From an uncultured Bacilli bacterium (GTDB lineage: Bacteria > Bacillota_I > Bacilli_A > RF39 > UBA660): a DNA stretch of 25,986 bases. The stretch is taken from assembly GCA_947593275.1 (NCBI GenBank), contig CANQDN010000001.1, forward strand, positions 1-25,986, given 5' to 3'. Of the stretch, positions 23,395-25,986 are shown piece by piece. Within the stretch, counting starts at the first letter, position 1; every line of letters starts with the position of its first letter. The notes under the pieces were generated by a model. That model was not told the DNA's origin, made no database searches, and saw only the letters and a list, made by a program, of their open reading frames with translations. A program made the translations under genes and the position numbers.

Positions 23395-23437
23395 TCTTGC
23401 TTACATTGCTTTTCTAACTTATTATATGTAGGCAAGA
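23395..23437 (+). repeat. Conserved post-stop hairpin, copy C
   Basis: Arms TCTTGCTTACAT / ATGTAGGCAAGA (12 bp, one T.G pair) with loop TGCTTTTCTAACTTATTAT, starting at the first base after the stop codon. Confidence 0.88.
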
Positions 23438-23452
23438 ATAAAAAACTTCATT

Positions 23453-23477
23453 GCAAGGAACTCTTTCCTTGCTTTTT
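23453..23477 (+). terminator. Intrinsic terminator after paralog C
   Basis: GCAAGGAA-CTCT-TTCCTTGC followed by TTTTT. Confidence 0.8.
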
Positions 23478-23603
23478 GATTATCAATAATTTTTAAAATA
23501 TTGCATATAATAATATAGATAATATGTAGTTATTATAAAGATAATATCTTGACATAATTGTTATTATATGTTATTCTTTTTATGGAAAGTGAGATGAATA
23601 ATA

Positions 23604-23894
23604 ATGGCTAGTGCAACAAGTGCAATAAATGTAAATGTTGATGCTAAAATTAAAAAAGAAGCTACAGCAATACTGAAAGATTTAGGTTTAAATATGAGTA
23701 CTTTTATTAATATGGCTTTAACTCAAGTAGTAAAGAAAGATGGCATTCCTTTTGAAGTAGTTAATCCTAAACCAACTAGAGAGCTATTAAAAGCACTTAA
23801 AGAGGGGGAAAGATTAGAAAAAGAGATAAGAGCGGGTAAGAAAACAGGTTATCGTAATGCAAAGGAAATGCTTGAATCAATATTAGATGATTGA
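23604..23894 (+). CDS. RelB/DinJ family antitoxin
   Basis: INVNVDAKIKKEATAILKDLGLNMSTFINMALTQVVKKDGIPFEV ribbon-helix-helix pattern. Upstream TTGACA-17-TATTCT at 23549-23577. Confidence 0.92.
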   Translation: MASATSAINVNVDAKIKKEATAILKDLGLNMSTFINMALTQVVKKDGIPFEVVNPKPTRELLKALKEGERLEKEIRAGKKTGYRNAKEMLESILDD

Positions 23895-24201
23895 TTTTGA
23901 TTTAGATACAAAATATCATATAGATTATACTATAAAATTTAAAAAACAGTTAAAGAAAATATTAAAACAAGGTTATGATGTAGATCAATTATTAAATGTT
24001 GTGACAAACTTAGCAAATTTACAAGAACTTGATTATAAATATAGAAATCATAAAATAAATAATGATAAATATTATAAGGATTGTTATGAGTGTCATATTG
24101 ATCCCAATTGGTTACTTATTTATAAATATGTTGATGATAAATTAGTCTTATTACTTTTTGCAACTGGTAGTCATAGTGATTTATTTAAAGGTAATTATTA
24201 A
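23887..24201 (+). CDS. YafQ family (RelE superfamily) mRNA interferase toxin
   Basis: YTIKFKKQLKK...YRNHKI...ECHIDPNWLLIYK...LFATGSHSDLF pattern. Overlaps the antitoxin by 8 nt. Confidence 0.9.
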   Translation: MIDFDLDTKYHIDYTIKFKKQLKKILKQGYDVDQLLNVVTNLANLQELDYKYRNHKINNDKYYKDCYECHIDPNWLLIYKYVDDKLVLLLFATGSHSDLFKGNY

Positions 24202-24267
24202 AAGCATTTTATTGCTTTTTTATTTTAAAAAAATTATTTTCTAATATAATTTATTAGGAAGTGTTTT

Positions 24268-24966
24268 TTGATGTTATTTAATATACTTAATATAATTAAA
24301 GATATGCTGTTTTTTACAGGTAGTTATTCTAATCAGGTGTTTCCTGATCCTTTAAGTCATGAGGAAGAAGAACAGGCGATTGATGAGATGCTTAAAGGAA
24401 GTGTTAGTGCTCGCAATAAGTTAATTGAACATAATTTAAGATTAGTTGCCCATATTGTGAAAAAATTTGATTCTGTTAAAACTAATTCCGATGATTTAAT
24501 AAGTATTGGAACTATTGGGTTAATAAAGGGGATTGATTCTTATAAAAGAAGTAAGTCTACTAAGATAACTACTTATGCAGCAAGATGTATTGAAAATGAG
24601 ATATTGATGTATTTTAGGAGTAATAAAAAGAATCAGAATACAGTTAGTTTAAATGATTCGATAGGTTATGATAAAGATGGAAATGAAATAAGCCTTATGG
24701 AAGTAATTAAAGACGATAGTATTGATATTGCAGATAGTTTGCATAAAAAAGAAAATATTGGCCTTTTAAAGAAATATTTTAAGATTTTAAGTCCGAGAGA
24801 AAAAGAAATATTAATTAAAAGATATGGGCTTTTGGGGGAAGAGGAAGAAACACAAAAGGAGATAGCTAAAAAATTGCATATATCTAGAAGTTATGTATCA
24901 AGAATTGAAAAAAGAGCTTTAACTAAAGTATTAAGAGAATTTTTGAAGAATAATAAGACTTTTTAA
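24268..24966 (+). CDS. sigK: Sporulation sigma factor, SigK-like
   Basis: FPDPLS...ARNKLIEHNLRLVAHIVKKF...DDLISIGTIGLIKGI...TYAARCIENEILMYFR...ISRSYVSRIEKRAL. The ISRSYVSRIEK region 4 is SigK-like, and there is a short hydrophobic N-terminal extension. Confidence 0.85.
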   Translation: MMLFNILNIIKDMLFFTGSYSNQVFPDPLSHEEEEQAIDEMLKGSVSARNKLIEHNLRLVAHIVKKFDSVKTNSDDLISIGTIGLIKGIDSYKRSKSTKITTYAARCIENEILMYFRSNKKNQNTVSLNDSIGYDKDGNEISLMEVIKDDSIDIADSLHKKENIGLLKKYFKILSPREKEILIKRYGLLGEEEETQKEIAKKLHISRSYVSRIEKRALTKVLREFLKNNKTF

Positions 24967-25034
24967 ATAGTGGTTTGTTCTTTACTTTTTGGATATTTTA
25001 AAGTAAAATAAGAGTACAGAAAGAAGGAGTAATC

Positions 25035-25986
25035 ATGACTCAAAAAGAACTAGCAGATTTAATATTTCCTAATATAACAAAAACACCAGAAGATTATGAA
25101 AAAGAATATCCAGAAAGAGATTTAAAAGAAGGAGCCAAAGTAGTAAGATTTGCTCCTAGTCCAACGGGTTTTATGCATATTGGGAATATGATGAGTGCCG
25201 TTATAGATTATGTTTTAGCAAGATCTAGTGGGGGAGTATTTTTTCTTAGAAATGAAGATACTGATCAAGCAAGAACAGTAGAGGGGGCTGTAGATTTTAT
25301 TCATCATATTTTAAATTATTATGATATTAAGCCTCAAGAATATGAATATGATGGGAAAGTTGTTGGAGAGTATGGGCCTTATATTCAAAGTGAAAGAATT
25401 GAGATATATCATGCTTTTGTGAAATATTTAATTAGCATTGGAAGGGCTTATCCTTGTTTTTTAACAAAAGAAGAATTAGATGAGATAAGAGAGTATCAAA
25501 CTAAAAGTAAAAAAAGAATAGGAATATATGGGAAATATGCAAAATGTAGAGATTTAACGCCGGATGATGCTGCAAGAAGAATTAAAGCTGGAGAAAAGTT
25601 TGTTATTCGGTTTAAGTCAGAGGGGGATTTTAATCGAAAGTTTATATTTGAAGATCTAACTCAAGGTAAGTTAACATTTCCGGAGAATGACTTAGATGTA
25701 CCAATTATGAAAAGTGGAGATTTACTGCCAACTTATCATTTTGCCCATTTAGTTGATGATCATTTAATGCGGACTACACATGTTGTTCGGGGAAACGAAT
25801 GGATGAGTAGTGTACCCCTTCATTATGAGCTATTTAAAGCATTTGGTTATAAGATGCCTAAATATATTCATACATCTTTAATTTTGAAGAAAGATGAAGA
25901 AACGGGGGCAATTAGAAAAATATCTAAAAGAAAAGATCCGGAAGCTTTAATGTTCTATTATGAAGAAAAAGGTTATCCAACTATCG
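25035..25986 (+). CDS. gltX: Glutamate--tRNA ligase (partial, runs off the window)
   Basis: Not in the ORF track because no stop falls in the window. ATG after AAGGAG, then VRFAPSPTGFMHIGN, FFLRNEDTD, PYIQSER, PTYHFAHLVDDHLM-THVVRG-EW and KISKR. Confidence 0.95.
   Translation, partial: MTQKELADLIFPNITKTPEDYEKEYPERDLKEGAKVVRFAPSPTGFMHIGNMMSAVIDYVLARSSGGVFFLRNEDTDQARTVEGAVDFIHHILNYYDIKPQEYEYDGKVVGEYGPYIQSERIEIYHAFVKYLISIGRAYPCFLTKEELDEIREYQTKSKKRIGIYGKYAKCRDLTPDDAARRIKAGEKFVIRFKSEGDFNRKFIFEDLTQGKLTFPENDLDVPIMKSGDLLPTYHFAHLVDDHLMRTTHVVRGNEWMSSVPLHYELFKAFGYKMPKYIHTSLILKKDEETGAIRKISKRKDPEALMFYYEEKGYPTI

Noticed and set aside
133-23437. Hairpin or 37-bp repeats as a CRISPR array
   Set aside because: The copies are kilobases apart or lie within coding ends. 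There are no regular spacers and no cas genes.
21300-24220. Terminal inverted repeats around module C (AAAGCATT-like matches at both ends)
   Set aside because: The match is only about 8 bp in very AT-rich DNA, and the right-hand copy is explained by the YafQ terminator hairpin.
1-25986. A complete DGR within the window
   Set aside because: No reverse transcriptase ORF, and I found no non-coding AAC-rich template repeat matching the paralog tails. Only the target-like side is visible.

Overview
A very AT-rich chromosomal window from a low-GC Bacillota genome read with genetic code 11. Intact pbp, class B sortase and sigK genes suggest a reduced-genome Bacilli lineage such as RF39, which is an inference. 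The housekeeping backbone is tRNA-Thr(GGT), uppS, nfo, a class B PBP, rpmG (missed by the ORF track), efp, prs, sigK and a partial gltX. Accessory genes are interleaved: MerR+YbjQ, sortase B with a likely substrate, a broken BRO-N gene plus a YhcG/DUF1016 nuclease beside the tRNA, a lone VirD4-like ATPase, a YtrA-type ABC operon, a lone type IV pilin and a DinJ-YafQ module. The most striking signal is a dispersed family of three paralogous membrane-anchored surface proteins (end of one at 2-127, plus 15099-16565 and 21952-23394). They end in a C-type-lectin-like G-x-R-P-V-I-N-L tail resembling the variable region of diversity-generating retroelement (DGR) targets. All three are followed immediately by the same ~40-nt hairpin, which has compensatory stem changes and a conserved loop, and then by a separate terminator. 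Both complete copies are headed by a divergent pair of XRE domains with palindromic operators. No reverse transcriptase, template repeat, integrase, transposase or CRISPR array was found in the window.
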